From Azolla caroliniana (lineage: Eukaryota > Plantae > Polypodiophyta), in NCBI GenBank assembly GCA_043228905.1, contig JBHGNT010000021.1, positions 1,674,001 through 1,738,000 on the forward strand: a stretch of DNA of 64,000 nt, given 5' to 3'. Made by a program: the position numbers and the translations under genes. The first letter of the stretch is position 1, and the number at the start of each line of letters is the position of its first letter. Under the pieces are notes generated by a model. The model saw only the letters and a program-made list of their open reading frames with translations, was not told the origin of the DNA and made no database searches. Below, in pieces: positions 1 through 14,899 of this stretch.

Positions 1-3000
1 GGTTAAACATCCACACAAGCTTGTTGCTCATCCTTCTGCAGCAGAACGAGATGCTCAAAGCAAGGAGGCTAGACAACAACGAGTTCTACAGGTAAGCTTA
101 ACCTTTCTCATTGCCTCTTTGGAACTTGGTCGGTTTGTGAGGACTCTTTTAGCTTTCCCACGTTCAGCACGTTACACCCTTCACATACCATGAATGACTC
201 TAGGCTCAATGAAGCAACATGTTTCCATCAATGGATCATTCCTATTTGATTATATGCTGCAACTTGGAAGAGCCTAGACTATAATTGTGTCTTATGATAC
301 ATTCTAAGGAATGGGCAATAATTGTGGCTACATGTGAGAGATGTTGCCCTCTGATGCTACATTGGTTAACAGCTCTCCCATGGTATTATATCTGAATGAA
401 ACAGTGAAGATTATAGTTACTAACTCAAAAAGTTTCTGAATGTTCAAGAAATGAGATGCAAATACGGATATTACCATCAAGAAATATATGAATATTTCTA
501 AATATTTCTAGGATGCCCCCAGTTTTTTTAAATGGCCAAAATACCCCTCCGTTTTTGGCTTAATCTCTTCTAATATTAAGCAGAAAACAAATATATAGTC
601 ACTAATCATTATTCTCTCATAATAATTAAGCATAGGGAATAAGTAATTAATTATTAATTACTGCTAATTTGAAGGTGCTACATGGTCGTTTCAATAAATA
701 TTAAACAAAACAAGGCCAGTTTGGATGGTAGTATGTATCCTGTTGAGGTAGAGTACTGGTGGTGTTAAAATTCCCTGTATGTATGACCCACTCCCACACC
801 AATGAGTTTGGGTGACACTGGTGGGAGCAAGAATATAATTGTCTGTGGTAGTGCTGTACCAATGTGAAAAGCAAGTAAAAACATTATTTAATGGACATCT
901 GTCTAGAACATTTAAAAACACCAGTCCATATACTTATCCAATCTCTAAAATATATATGTGCTGTACTCAATGCAGCCACTGATCTCCAACTGAAGTCTGA
1001 TTCTGCTGAATCAAGTGTCTTGGCTTTGAAATCACCGAACAACATGATATTTTCATCTCTCCGAACACCTAAATATTCTCATCTAAAATCCATTGTGATG
1101 GTCGCCCCTTGCTGTCCTAGCTCTGAAGTCTTGAAGGGAGCTGATGTATGCATATTTAGAGAACTCTCAAGTATCCTAATCTATAATAAGATATGGGTTT
1201 TGTTCTTGAAAGAGGTACAATGGGAAGTGATAGGAGGTAGATAAACACATAGAAAAGTAGCCATCTACCTCTCACCTACATGTATCAATCATTCTCATCT
1301 GTATGAACAATGGGGCTGAGAGGTCACTCCCTAAAGCAATATTGCAAGTCCAATAGACTATCTATGCATTAAGTTTTGTAATTCCCCATGCACATCCAAT
1401 CGTAATGACCTGTCACAATTCACAAACTTCATGTAGTCCTGTAGATCTTTAACCATCAAATGGTGTCTCCCTAATATCATCATCTTCTTGCGCTGTAGAA
1501 AACCACTCCAAACACTTGCGTCCAGATGCTTAGCTATGACCATGAGCTCACATACCTCTTTTGTTTCCTTCCCCACATCTCTTGGTAAGAAGATAGCCCA
1601 CTTTAAGACACACCTTTTACACACATTGAAGGATGGATTTGTCATCAGGCCCTCTTATATGGATATACATCTATCCTATGCGCTGTGCAGTGTGATAGGG
1701 CAGCTGTAAACTTCTTCCTATCAGTTAGAGATTGAGGTATGCAGATATGCATGAATCCTCAAGAAGAAAGAATTTGCCAATTGTGTCATCAGAGAGTGGA
1801 ATTTGAAGAACACGATGTTTGTCATTGTACAGTTTCATGAAATAAGAGGGAGATATCCTTGTCTCTTTAAGCAAGGCTTTGGCCCTCTGCGCAAGGTAAT
1901 AGAATATGAGGACCAGCAGTGTTTGGGGCTTTTTTTGCTAGAACTAAAGGGATATAGAGAGGAGTTGTTGAAGGACAACAACATAGCCACACAAGCTTAT
2001 CAACTAAGAACAATCACAAGTTCTTTTAGCCCCATCACTCCTAATCATGCTACAAGTCAATCAAGGGCTACACAAATGGGCTTCCCACTAGGACATTGCA
2101 CAGTGGTTACAATAGATCATACAATAGCAATTTGTCATGGACACAGGCTTTGGCCTCACCACCCTTATCATTGACACATAATGGCGCCTCCCTCATGTAT
2201 GCTAGAGATCTTTCTAAAACAAAAGTACAATATATCTGATTTGAGAATCTTATATGTACAGATGACAAGATTCTTTAGTCACATCTTAATTATATTTCTT
2301 TTTTCTGTTCTCAAAGATGAGACAAAATTTTAAGATACAATCTCTTGTTTGGTCTTATAGGCCATTTCTTAAAATATGTTAATATATCTGTCTTTCTTTC
2401 TTCCACTATGTTCATCATTGTACTGCTTTATACAAAATAAGGAGAGATAGACAAGAACAATGGTGCTTGGAACTGTTCTGGTGCTAGAAATCAAGAGACA
2501 TAGAACAAAGTTATTGGATGACAGTACAGTCACAAAACCTCATCAGTGAAGACCATCAAAACCTTTTTTAGCACCATGCACCTCATCAGGATAATATATT
2601 GTTGCCAATGTTGCCTCTTAAAAGTCATTAATATAGTGACTATGCTTGAGCCCAGACGTGAACGGATCTTACTCTTCTCCTTTGACACATTGTCATTCTG
2701 ATGACGTTAAAAGTTTGAGGTTGCCACTGCACTTGTAACATTGATATCTTTTTCATCTCAATCTACATTGTCTCATTGACTTTCATGTTGGAGTAGGGGT
2801 GGGGTAATTAGGGAGGGAGAGATTGAGAGAGGTTGAGAGATATCAAAATTGATCATTACAGCTGCGGAAAATGCTATATCTACTGGTGCACGCATCTCAA
2901 TGTGGCTCTTCACAATGTCAATACCCCAACTGTCGGAGAGTGAAAGGGCTTTTCCGGCATGGTTTAACTTGTAGGACTCGTGCATCAGGTGGATGCCACC

Positions 3001-3311
3001 TCTGTATGAAGATGTGGTACCTCTTGCAATTACATGCACGGGCTTGCAAGGAACCTGATTGTCGAGTTCCCCGGTGCAAGTAAGTGCATTTCATTTATCT
3101 ATGAAAGTTTGGACGATTGGTTTAAAAGGGAGTGTCTGACCCTCCTGTGTGGATTTTGTTTCTTATTATTTTAAAACTTGTTTAATGTAACTGCAGAGAT
3201 TTGAAAGAACATCAGAGGCGAGCACAGCAGCAGATGGAATCCCGTCGTCGAGCTGCTGTCATGGAAATGATGAGGCAGAGAGTGGCAGCAGCATCAGCAG
3301 GCAAGTCTTGA
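1..3311 (+). CDS. HAC1: 3' end of CBP/p300-family histone acetyltransferase (HAC1/HAC12-like), C-terminal TAZ zinc finger; 5' partial
   Basis: Exons <1-91 (VKHPHKLVAHPSAAERDAQSKEARQQRVLQ), 2862-3079 (LRKMLYLLVHASQCGSSQCQYPNCRRVKGLFRHG...CKEPDCRVPRCK) and 3197-3311 (DLKEHQRRAQQQMESRRRAAVMEMMRQR...*). GT-AG junctions keep the frame. Matches the recalled plant HAC1 C-terminus. Confidence 0.93.
1480..2400 (+). mobile_element. Decayed 3' part of RTE-X-like non-LTR retrotransposon in HAC1 intron
   Basis: Frame-broken KIAHFKTH..GFVIRPSYMDIHLSYAL..VIGQL*TSSYQLEIEV..EERICQLCH..E.EEH...EIRGRY, homologous to ORF 15975-16511. The 3' end atgttaatatatct is shared with the 54933 copy. 5' boundary approximate. 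Confidence 0.65.
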
Positions 3312-6300
3312 AGCTTTTTCCTTGTGACAAAGTACACAGCCAAAGCTTCATACGAGCATATTCCCGTCATTTGCAACTCATGAAAACGTATCTAATGATG
3401 CTTGATACTTACGTTCACCACATTTGTGGACATTTACTATGGGTCTGGCATAAAGTAGAAAGATGGGCTGTTTACTTTCCTGTCATCCAAAGATGAGATG
3501 AGGGAGTTCATGGAATTGCTACATTTATTCGATGCCTGGTTCAGCCACACCAGTTCCGACATGTATATTTGGTCTTTCTGGTTCGATTCGGCAACAAGCT
3601 GTAGAATTTTTCAACCATTCTGCTCTATTTTTAACAAAAGCAGGCTTATCACACCACCTGCAACAACACTGCAACCATCTTGCAAGGTAAACATACTTTT
3701 TTATCAGCTGTAATTTCTGTTTCTATCAATTTTTATCTAGTCTGATAGAGGTTCTGATAGTCATTCATAGAGCTTGTAGATTTGTATTCCCTTCCTGTAA
3801 CCTGCAGATATAGCTTCTTGCATTTAAGGCTGGAATATAATTAGATCCTATCATACTCTTCCTTGATAAAGCACAGATACCAACATCAATTCTAGGTCAC
3901 TGGGCAATTGTAAATGATTGCTAGACTGGTATCACTGGTAGCCTTCTAGAAGCACGACTTCAGAACTATATGAGAGACCAGCATCATTGTCTATTGATGT
4001 GCCATATTGAACTTATTGTTGGGTGAAATTCTTAGAATTGGCTTTAGGAGTATGAGATAGAGTTATACCACCATTGACTGTACATATCAGATAGCAAGCC
4101 TGGGTTAATTCATTTAATGTCTCCTGAGGTATGGTCTTGGGAAATTAATGATGTTCTTTCTTGGGAAGTTAACTGTTTCGTGATCCTAACTCTTTTTGCT
4201 GTTGAATATTAGGTAGCCCCTCATAACTCTTTTCCTTGAAATCATGCATTGCCACTTCTCTGTGTAAGAGCTACGCTGTTCGAGCAGATGAACTATTTGA
4301 AAGCCTACAGTATAATACCACATCAAATATTTTTCGTTATTCTTGGGTACTCGTGGCCATGTTGAAAATTTGTACAATATTCCCTTTGTTATATTCTTTG
4401 GTGCTCTAATTTTATGACAATTTTGTACGGGATCCTGTTGTCTGACAAAAAAATGGGAACCATTTTGGAGAGCTGTCGATTGTGGAATATCTATATTTCC
4501 ATCCTTGTAATCCACGAAAGCAGTTGCAAGTGACAAAAGCCCATTTTAAACTTGATATAGTAAAAGATCTGTATACATGGTCATTATTTGCCCTGATATA
4601 GATGTTATATAGAATTTGTCTGTTATTCTTATACCCGTGAGTCCCAGCGAATGATTCAAAATTTCATGCTCGGCAAATCTCAGAGCATTGTGCTACTCTG
4701 CTCAAAACTAAAACATACGCTTATGGAGGCCAAGTTGAAGCAACTGTATAAGAATAGGTAGGGAGAGGAACATTATTTCTCACCATTGACATTCATTGAA
4801 CAGGAATCTGGGAATTTTTATCATTGGCAATCATTTGTTTTGATCACATCAATGAAAAATGCCTTTCATATTGAGGTTTGGTGAAATATCAGAACAAATC
4901 AATAAATTAACAGTTCTGCAGGAAACACGTATATATTTGTATTGGCAGATTTGTTTCAGTTAAAAAAACATTTCCATGATCAGGGAATATTGAAAACAGC
5001 ATATGCAATTTTTTAAAGTTTCAACATTCCAAACAGCATACAAGTACAGATTTTCTGTAAGGTTTACACTTGCGATGCTATGGTGGATAATCCCTTGCTT
5101 TGAAGCCCTAAAATTCATCCCAATGATTTTTGCAGTAATATCCTCTTGATTTTTATATGCTGATCTTGATGCCCACTAGAAAGATTGTGTCATTTGTGAT
5201 TAGTTAGTTATATTCAACAAGCATTAATGGATTAAAAATTAATTGCTCACAATTTTGTTTAGTGTGAAGTCCATATTGTCATGATAGAGCTCAATTTCAG
5301 ATGCATACATAAAATAAGGGACAAAAGAAAAAGCTGGAGAGAGTTCAAAGAGATGACAAAAATGTGGGAGTTGGAAGATGTAAAGTTCTGCTGTGATCAT
5401 GCATCTTTTATTTTTATCCCCTAATCTTCACTGTTTATTCCCAATCATTCGAATTGGCTTTATTGTGAATGTTTAGTTCAGTAATACATTTCATGAAGGA
5501 AGAAATAAGTATTGAATTCATTAAACTTCACAGCTGATATGCATTTGTAACAGATTTTATTTGATGAAGTAAAGTTATGGCTTGTTTACTGAAAACCCAT
5601 TTAAAGAACAAGAGTATTACAAAATCATGAATGACTTTAATATCATAGGTCCATGTCTACCATTGTATGCTGCATCCAGAATAGGTAGCATTTAAAATCT
5701 CCCACCAAAGAACAACTTGCCCATTGCACCTATACAAAGTGACACCAATACGCAGGGTATGTACAGTTGTTCACTAGATAAATTGTTTACCACCAATTCA
5801 CTAGATAAGCAGCAAGGAGAATACATGTAGTAGAGCTAAAAATCAGCAAATGTAAGGAATAGGAAATTTGAACCCATTATACAAGAACAATGCCCAGATT
5901 ATGACATTACATTTCCATTCCAAGTTTTTGGGTCTCAATGCAGTATTAGTGCAGTTTAGATGTGAAATAATAATTGGGTGGTTGAATGCTATCATTTTCA
6001 GTTTGCAACATATCTTTGCTACAAAATAACACCCAATATTGTCTTAAAAACTTGTGAGAGTGTAGAAAATCAAAATTCAACAACGCACTCACACTCGATT
6101 TGTAATCATTAAAACTTAAAAAGTATAATGCAGGAAAGCCTGATTCATGAGAGCCATCTCTGAAACGAGATGATTGAACCTTTACAATAGTCGGTCGAAA
6201 CTGGAATGAAACCTTTTCTTGCTACATTATGAATCCTAAACGCCTTATGTTTCCACCGCTTAAGTAAAAGATGTGAAGAGTGATGATTTGAAGTAGAAAT

Positions 6301-6465
6301 AAAGGCTCCGAACACTTCACATGGAACTTTCTACCTTAATTCATCAAACAAAATTTGAAACCAGAGGAGATGAATTGAGGAAACATGTGTAACAGTGGCA
6401 CATGCACACACAAGGAAACGAGAGAGAATGCCAATTCTTCTGCAATTGGCATCCATCACTCCATA

Positions 6466-9400
6466 TCATCGAGGCTTGCTTTCATTACCTTTGTTGCGTA
6501 ACGCAGATAAAGAGAAGAAAGACCACGGTGCTGCACAACAGACAAAGAACCGTCTCTATTTCAGTATAAATGAAGTCATCGTAACTATAATCCCATATCA
6601 AAATGAGGCAGATTTATCTAATCTTTCATTTTACCTTTCAGCATTGTACTCCCTGACAAGTGATCCTCACGCAGACTGAAGTTAGCTGGGGGTATCGGAA
6701 TAGAACTTTTGACATTTTGAACTGCATAGCATAAGTTCCATCAGACTACACGTACACCATTGCCTAGTGATAAGGTACCAAGAAACAGCCACAAACATTT
6801 TAAAAGATTGTTATGAGATCTCAACTTACATGATCTGTCTTGGAGATTATAGAGATCTCCAGCCATCTTGATGCTGTCTTGAAATCTTCCTCTACTAGAG
6901 GAATATTCATCTGGAGTTTGGCCTTTCTCCTCCAGGGCACAACTGCCCTCGGAGATGGTAGATACATAATCACCACTTGCAGCTTCAAAATTCCTGCTTT
7001 TCCGTCCAAATTTCAAAAGCCTTTTAAATCCTTTCGCCTGTTCTTTGGGTTGTTTAAGCGTTGACAAAGATTTCGGAGATCCAACCCATTTCTTATTCAA
7101 CTGGATCGAATCAGATCCCGATGCATACTGGATCTGAAAGGAATTCGTAGGACTACGAATGGGTGAGTCAAGACTAGCAGCAGAAAAGGGGCTCATGTGA
7201 CCAGACCCTGTTCTAGATCTAACTAAACTTAAAGTTGGTGGTGATTCTGGCACTTTGGGGATGCAAGTGAAGTTTTGGAATGTGGTGTCATTTGTGGCAT
7301 CATTCACAGTTGTTTGTCTTTTTGGAGATTTCACTGCAAGATCTTCTTCATGTCTCAAACCCAAAACTCCCATATCCAACATGGAACTAGTATCCAAGTT
7401 TGTAGCGTTATCATGACATGTCCCCTCATTACTGAATATATCCTTCGACAATATCTTCTCTTCTAGCAAGCCAATCACAAGAGGATAACTTGGCATCTCT
7501 GGTTTTTCCTCTGGTTCATCAGACGAATCATTACCTGAACCTACCACTTGCATCTCAACATCATCACTCGATGCAGAATCAGGTGAAGCATCAGCATCAT
7601 TAGTGGCATCCGTCTCCATATTTTCCACCTCAGTATCACCTAGATTGCCTGGATTATTCATGTTATGAGCTCTGTCTGTAGCTATACTTTGTTGTTTTAT
7701 TTCAATGGTCGTCTCACCTTCATTGGAAGATTTAACAGCATCAGTTACTGCAGAATGCACTTTGTTATTTGTTACACCAGACTTAGTTCCTTGTCCAACA
7801 CTAGAGCCCTTCCTAAGAAATTGTTTGCTTTCTTGAAAGGAACCAATGCCACTACGCCTTAGTTTAGGATCGGTTCCAAAATCTCGCTGACTTTTAACAT
7901 GTCTCAAAGTGCCATCATCACTAGAGGTTGATAGCACTTTCAAATCACTTGCAATTACACAGCTCTTTCTCATGAGGTTAGACCGATTACTGTTCTTGTC
8001 ATTTTTTGTGGATCTGTCCAAAGTATTTGTTGAGTGATTTGCATTGATATCAAAGTGGATAGCCTCCCTCGCAGATCGGTCACCTTCATTGGCTCCATTT
8101 TTTGGGTGTACCCGAGCAGAACCTGACTGGCGCCCTGTAGAAGGCTTTGCGTTCTTTTTAAAATTGGTAAGGTTAAGGTTTGGGACGGAACGTGCAAGAG
8201 GGTTCTCTATTGGACTAGAAACTGTTGATCTCCGCGGTATAGCTATTGCTCCTGTTGTACCCTTGCGTGTCAATTTTGGTGAAATAGACTGATTGGATCT
8301 AGTAGAAATATGGGGATGGACGTTGGCTTTCTGAGCTGTTCCAGACTTTCTATCAACTTGTAGCCTTGAGTTTGTAATCTCTTCCTTGATTGCATAAGGT
8401 GTCACAGGTGGGGAACGTGAACCACTACCTAAATTCCTTTGGTCTCTGCTAGTCAGAGTGCCACAATCACTATCAGCATCTTTCTGTCCATACAAAACAT
8501 GCAGATCCAGGTATTAGTGCATTCAATTTTTACAAAACCTCATACTAAAAAGGAAAGTCTGCAGAAGCACAAACCTGATCCAATTTCAATGAATGATCAC
8601 TTTTCAATGCCTGCAGCTTCAAAACACGAGATTGATTGTTCACATTTCTAGATAATCTAGTAGCTTGAGCATCCATTTCTGCTTTTCTTTTTATCAGAGT
8701 CTCCTCCAATGACCGAAGCTTGGCATCTCTTTCAGCCCTTTTGGTGTCCTGTCCTTCCATGAGCTTTGCATCCCGGAGCCTTGTATATTGTTCGTAATAT
8801 CTTCCCCTCAACCCACAAGAATCCTTACCATTCTCGACATTTTGATTCTCCACCATTTCTGCAAGGGCTTTGATGTCAGGATGCAAGGAGTCAGCTGAGG
8901 TTTCACTCAAGGATTCTCTTTCCTTATCAAGATGATTGCCTCTATTTGAGTCATGTGCAGGCTTAAAGATTTCATCTTCTTGGTTCCCTACCTCATTCTT
9001 GACAGTTGATATGCAGGAGTCTGAATCAAATGTCCTTTGCATATGCCTGGAATCCAAACGCTCCATAAAATGGTCACTGTTAACTGGGGTGTTATCCTGC
9101 ATGAGTGGTGTTCCCCTCAATTCAGCAGTGACTCCATGTCTTGCTGTAGATGTGCTCTGAAGACTTGTGCCAGTTCTACTACTAGTTGGACTAGTGGAAG
9201 CTGCTTGCAAATTAAAATTTACCAAATTTTGTGGAATGCCATCTCCAAGCTCAAACTTAAGTGTGTGTTGTTTGATAGCCACATCATTTGTCAATAACTC
9301 CTTCGACAAGGTTCTCTCAAGCTGCAACTTGAACTGTTTTCTCCGATCACTTTCAGAAGACAAGTTTGAGCTGTTTCCTGCGGGATGTGCTGGATGAGAT

Positions 9401-12357
9401 GCTCCTTCTGGATTCAACACTGCATTCTGCATTGAAAACGAGGACTCATTTTCTGTCAAGATGTGATTCTCCTGTGTTTTGACAGTTGTTTCCAGACCAC
9501 CCAATGTGCTCCGTCTTCTTGTAGCCATCTCAGCAGACAAAGATGTATTTGATCCTTCCAAAGATACCCTAGACCTTTCCAGCTTCCCGCCTGATGATTT
9601 GCCTCCATTATCAATTGAATCCCTTCGTTGATTCTTCTCGAACAAGCTGATGGCATCTTGCACACTTAGTCTCCGAGCATGTTCTATTACCAAGGCAGTA
9701 GCATTCTCATTATTCCTGTGCTTCTCACTAGTAGGTTCATCAACAATACTGTTTTGTTTATGTGGTTTCCCCTGACATTCCACACTGTTCTTATGATCAG
9801 GAGTAGATATTTCCGTCAAACATGGATTTCTTCTTCTCTCACTTAGATCTTCTTGCAAATCACAGGCTTGCTGAATAATTGAGTGACTCTGAGCATCGTT
9901 GGCAATGTCCTTTAGTGTGATTCCACCAGATGTTGTATCATTTGAAGCCATAGAATCTGTCTCAGTCTGCTCAAGGAACACCTTTCGGCAGATGTTCTCT
10001 GGTGGACCCCAGCGTTTTCGACCTTCCACAGTAACTGAAGCTTTTGATAATGACCTATCAAGATCTGAACCCTTCTCCTGAGTAGGGCAGTTTTTATCAC
10101 CTCCTACATCACCAGAGCCATCACTCACTTTCTGTCTCAAACCTTGTGATACTTTTTTATCCAATGGAAGACATGACTTCATCTCCATAGTGAAATGATT
10201 TCCAGGTTCATTGGTCATGGCTGTCCCGGAATTGGTAGATATTCCCTCCGAATCCAGTTCTAGACGTTCAAGATGCCTTTTTTGCAATACTTCTAAGAAG
10301 TTCAAACATGCTGCACTGTAAATATCAACACGACTCTGCTTACAATCACTGTTAATACCGAGGGGTTAAGATCCCAGTCCATACAGAAAGAGAGGGTGTT
10401 ACCGCAAACGCTCTGCTCCAAAATGCTCTGAAAATGCTACAAGACCAGCCATATTCTCACTATCAAATCCAGCTACAGCAGCCCGACAAAAGTAAGTATC
10501 TTGCTCTTGCTTGAGTGCACGAAGTCTAATATCCATTGCCTCAAGAAGCTCCATCCTGGAAAACACTTGGAATTTAAGTGTTTTTCGAAACAAAGACATC
10601 AGAAATTCAAAATATTGATTAAGTTGAAGTATTCCATCCACCGAAGACTGGGGGGAAACAAAAACATACTTTGATGCTGCTGCAACACTATCAATAGCTC
10701 TGTATGAGTATTCCTTTGACTGAAAAGAAAGTTGAGAGAAAGTGAATAGGATAATCAGATATTAGTTCAGCATATACAAAGTGAAAGAGTTCAAAAAACA
10801 CACACCAGCTTGCAGGTTCCATTGTCCTTGGGCATTGCTGTACTGCCTGTAATGATATATCCCTCTTTCAGAAATTAAATTACTTTTTAAACATCTCCTT
10901 CAAGAAATGTTGCTATCCAATGTAAAAAACATGTAATGAAACCCATGGCCACGCAATACTAGGTGGCTCATATACCAAACCATCTTAAACATGAGAACTA
11001 GCATTGAGCTCAGAACAAACGTATGTCCAATCAACTTCCTGATGATAAACTAAAAGAAAGGTGCATTTTTTTATCTCGATATTTCCCGAAATATCCTATG
11101 AATTGGACTCAAAACATCACATGATCATGAAACAACGGGACAATTCGGAGGTTGTTTCCAAAAAGTATAATTGGTGGCCATGAATATGGAGATTATGGCA
11201 AAAAATATGCACAATGTTAATCCATGTAAGAAAATCCACTTCCTGTTAGACAAAACAATGAACAGGTGCAACAGAAGCACAGAACAAAAATGAAAAATCG
11301 AGGACATTTCAAGGATCAACAAGTTTAGATCACTATCTAATCCAACAAAAAAAAGACATACCATTGTTTGTGAAACCTGGATAAGTACCAAAAGATGTGC
11401 CTCCGTCCTGGATATAATTGTGTATCATCAGTCAATAAGGTAAACTTATCCACAAAACAACGAGATATTAAGGCCAGACTAGAACCTTTGACAAGATATA
11501 ACTACCTGAACGAGAGTGGCCACTTGAATACTCCGAACTTGCTCAAGTTGTGCCAATTCATCCTCAATTGATCTCACTCGCTCCAGAACCTCTGGTGTAC
11601 TGACAAATCTCACAAACCTTTCAAAAGCAAAAGCAATCTAATATTTAACAACAGGAAATTTCCTGAAAACAGACTGGTGTTAAATTCTATTGATCATTTA
11701 TATCACCTGTCAAGGATGCCTTTCGTGAACCATGATGTTGCATTAATATTCGAGTTCTGGGGATGATCAAGCCTTATTACAGATTCACATCCCGTTTGTG
11801 AGGTGATCTGATCTTTGAGTGCGCGAAGATGGATGAGAAATGGTTTCAAGAAGCCGGATGCGAGTTTCTCTGTCACGCCACCACCTGACACAAAAAGCTC
11901 GCACCTGCAAACATCAACAATAAGAAGAAGATGAAGATGAAGAAAAGAATGGATGAGCTCTCTTCCGACAATTACTGCTATATGCAGAGAGAGAGAGAGA
12001 AGGAGAGTAATTAAACTCTGAAAAATTCAATGATTCCTGATGCATTCTCGATCTCTAAGGGCTCTCTATGTCATCAACACAACAGTTAACAGGTCAACAG
12101 CGATGGTTTCCAGTGAAATGTGTACAGATCTTCACTCTCCATCTTGTTTCTGCGAGATGTAATAAGGAATGAAGCAATGCAGATGATTTTTGGCGGGGCA
12201 CAAGACAAAAATGCATCCTCTCTATCTCTCTCTCTCTCTCTCTCTCTGGCTGTCTGTCTGTCTGTCTCGCTCCCTCTGTATCTCTCAAAACCACTGACCT
12301 GTTACGGTGTGTGCTGAGCTGAAACTCGACATATTCCAGAACTGTGTCTGCTTTCAT
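6466..12357 (-). CDS. COP1-interacting protein-related (CIP7-like) protein, ~1401 aa, 11 exons
   Basis: Exons 12357-12299, 11904-11707, 11617-11506, 11407-11362, 10846-10806, 10719-10670, 10555-10403, 10315-8575, 8483-6830, 6721-6635, 6530-6466. All are GT-AG and in frame (4206 nt). Conserved blocks: [121 protein letters not shown]. The three small internal exons are less certain. Confidence 0.88.
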
Positions 12358-12413
12358 GGTGACCTAGCTATGGCAGACGGACAGACACACAGACAAAGAG
12401 AGAGACAGATAGA

Positions 12414-12447
<34 letters not shown>

Positions 12448-12653
12448 TTCAAAATAAATAAATACTGAATACGGAAAATGAAGAGAGAGGAGAGAGGAAA
12501 AAGATGCAACAACGAGGGAGACCAATTTAATTTATTTTTTTTAAAAAGGGTGGGTTTAATTAATTAATAATTAAAAATTAAAAAACTAAAGCTTTTCTTT
12601 TTGTTTTTTTCGATTTAACTCCCGATTATTCGCATCGAAGTTAGTGCCTCCCA

Positions 12654-12687
12654 GCCACGTGGCGTTCATTTTGACCTGCCACGTAAT
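12654..12687. promoter_or_regulatory. Palindromic G-box GCCACGTGGC plus second ACGT element (GCCACGTAAT) upstream of CIP7-like gene
   Basis: Motifs at 12654-12663 and 12678-12687, ~300 bp upstream of the ATG at 12357, in otherwise AT-rich DNA. Confidence 0.5.
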
Positions 12688-12909
12688 CGAGCATTTCCTT
12701 TTCCCATTTATTTTTTTTCCCTAACGTTTCAATTTCCTCCTCTTCCTTCTCTTTTTTGCCTCCATTCTTATTAGAAATTACTTTTATGGCCTCCATCTTG
12801 CTTTTCTGCTTTTTTTCCTTCTTTGGGGTTTTTGCTTTTTTCTTCTTGTTTTTTTATTTTTGTGGCCACCTTCTTCTTCCTTTTTTCGAGAGCCTAGACC
12901 CCTCTTGAA

Positions 12910-12938
12910 CCTAAACCCTAAACCCTAAACCCTAAACC
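12910..12938. repeat. Short interstitial plant telomere repeat (CCCTAAA)~4 / telo-box
   Basis: cctaaaccctaaaccctaaaccctaaacc. Confidence 0.7.
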
Positions 12939-14899
12939 AAAATTCTTTAGGACCATGAATAATAACATTACAAGCAATACTTGAACACAGTCGAGTGGAA
13001 TTCGCGTTACAAACATCGTGTCATGCAATGCCACCCAAAAAGGGTGCGACTAAATGTGAACAACTTGACCACTGATTGATTCATGTGTTGAGTTAGACCG
13101 AACCAGATCGATGATTACATGGTTAGGTGCCTCTATTCATAAGTCTTGATCTCTAGATTAATAGTCCAGATCGTGGCACTTCAAAGTATGAGATGATACC
13201 AAACGTTGCACGTGTATCTTGGCTCTGAACTATTCGACGAACTTCTAGAAACAACTAAGGATACGAATGTGCAAAGGGATATCTTATGTCACCTTTGGAA
13301 ACTAGAAAGTTGCAAGCACAAACCTTGAGCAACTACCTTAAAATGCCTATGTGTGACGACCAACTTTGTACATATGACTACAAATACCCATATGATTGTC
13401 ACTCCATGGAAACAAAACAATGCTCAAAGGGTGTTCATCCATGTATTATGATACCACTATGAATGCCAAAGACCTTCATGTAAGTTATGTTGACATAAGT
13501 TTTGGGGATAAATATGGTCATCCCTACTAAGGTAGACACTAAAACACAAATACCCTTTCACCATCCTTGACCTTTCAGGACAACCTTTGCAAAGTTCGAT
13601 TACATTCTCATTAGCTACCCAAATTCAGCACGTGGTAGCAATGTGGTGTAATCACTTTGTCCATCATGCACTCCTAATGAAATAGATGATGCTTCATGCC
13701 ATATGATAACTTAATTGACCTGATGAACAATCTTTGCTCTTTAATAACCATGCAATGATAAAAATATCCTCTATGCACATCTATTTGATAGAATTTCATA
13801 AACAATAAACATGCTTAGCTACAGTCCTCAACTTATGCAAAATTTTCTTACACAATGACCTCTAGAGGGAATTTTGTGTTAGCCACAATTGCAAAACTCC
13901 ATCATTATTTAGATACTTTTCATCGTACTAAGTTCTACTTATTTTGAGAGTTGACATAGGTGTTAGTTGAAGTAGAAAACCCTAATTACACAAGCACACA
14001 AAGTGAACAATGTGCCTCTACATTACACATTCTTGCAACACAAATGGCGTCATTAAGCCACATTCATTTCATGTATTTTGTTGTGTCACCTCTCTCTCAC
14101 TCTTCATGTCTATGGACTCGAACTTAGTGATTTGGTTGACGGTGAGTCTATGTTTGTTCAAATTTTTATTATGGTCACATGTGCATATGTATCAATAACT
14201 CATGGCATCTAGAATTTCATTATGTAATCACAAAAGGGATGTGTATGCAATCAAACCCTAGATATAGCAAGTTTTCAAGGTATAACCCTTGCCTATGTCA
14301 TGCTTTATGATGGTGATGTAAAGTTTTATTTTTCATTTCCTTGATTTGTCGCTTGAATATAGAAGCAACCTCTTTCGTGTGCAACATGATGAACTCCAAC
14401 AAGGCTCAAAAGTGAATCCCATAATTTTTTCGTGGGAAATAAGTATCTAAGAACGTTTCATCAATTGTTGAGGAATGTGGGGTTTGTTCTACACTTGTCA
14501 TCAAGATGAATGTTACAATGTCTTTCTCACATGGTTTGGTGAAAGATCCACTCACAACTAGAGGTCGTGGTCGTGATTGGTAGGATGGTCATTGCTTTTG
14601 TATAAAGTGACTACCATAGTTGGTTACTAATAAGAGATAAAATGGCATGTTCTATGTGTGACTTTATTTGTAACTTTTACAATAAAGTATAACACCATAT
14701 GCATATGGGCCAAGTATTCATGGAACAAAAACTAGAAAAGTTCGCTTATTTATGCATCGCTTTGTTACATCAAACTCCTAATGTGATGCAAGGTGTTGAA
14801 TTTAAAAGAAAAACAATAATCATAGCACTCATTTCAATTGTTACAATAAAAGGGGTTTTATGCAAAAGAGCTCGAGCATGAGTTTTTTAAAACCCTTGT

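Noticed and set aside
4186-4536. 116-aa ORF between the convergent HAC1 and CIP7-like genes
   Set aside because: Non-ATG start, no recognisable domain or splice support.
12910-12938. True telomere or chromosome-fusion scar
   Set aside because: Only ~4 units in one orientation; short telo-boxes are common in plant promoters.
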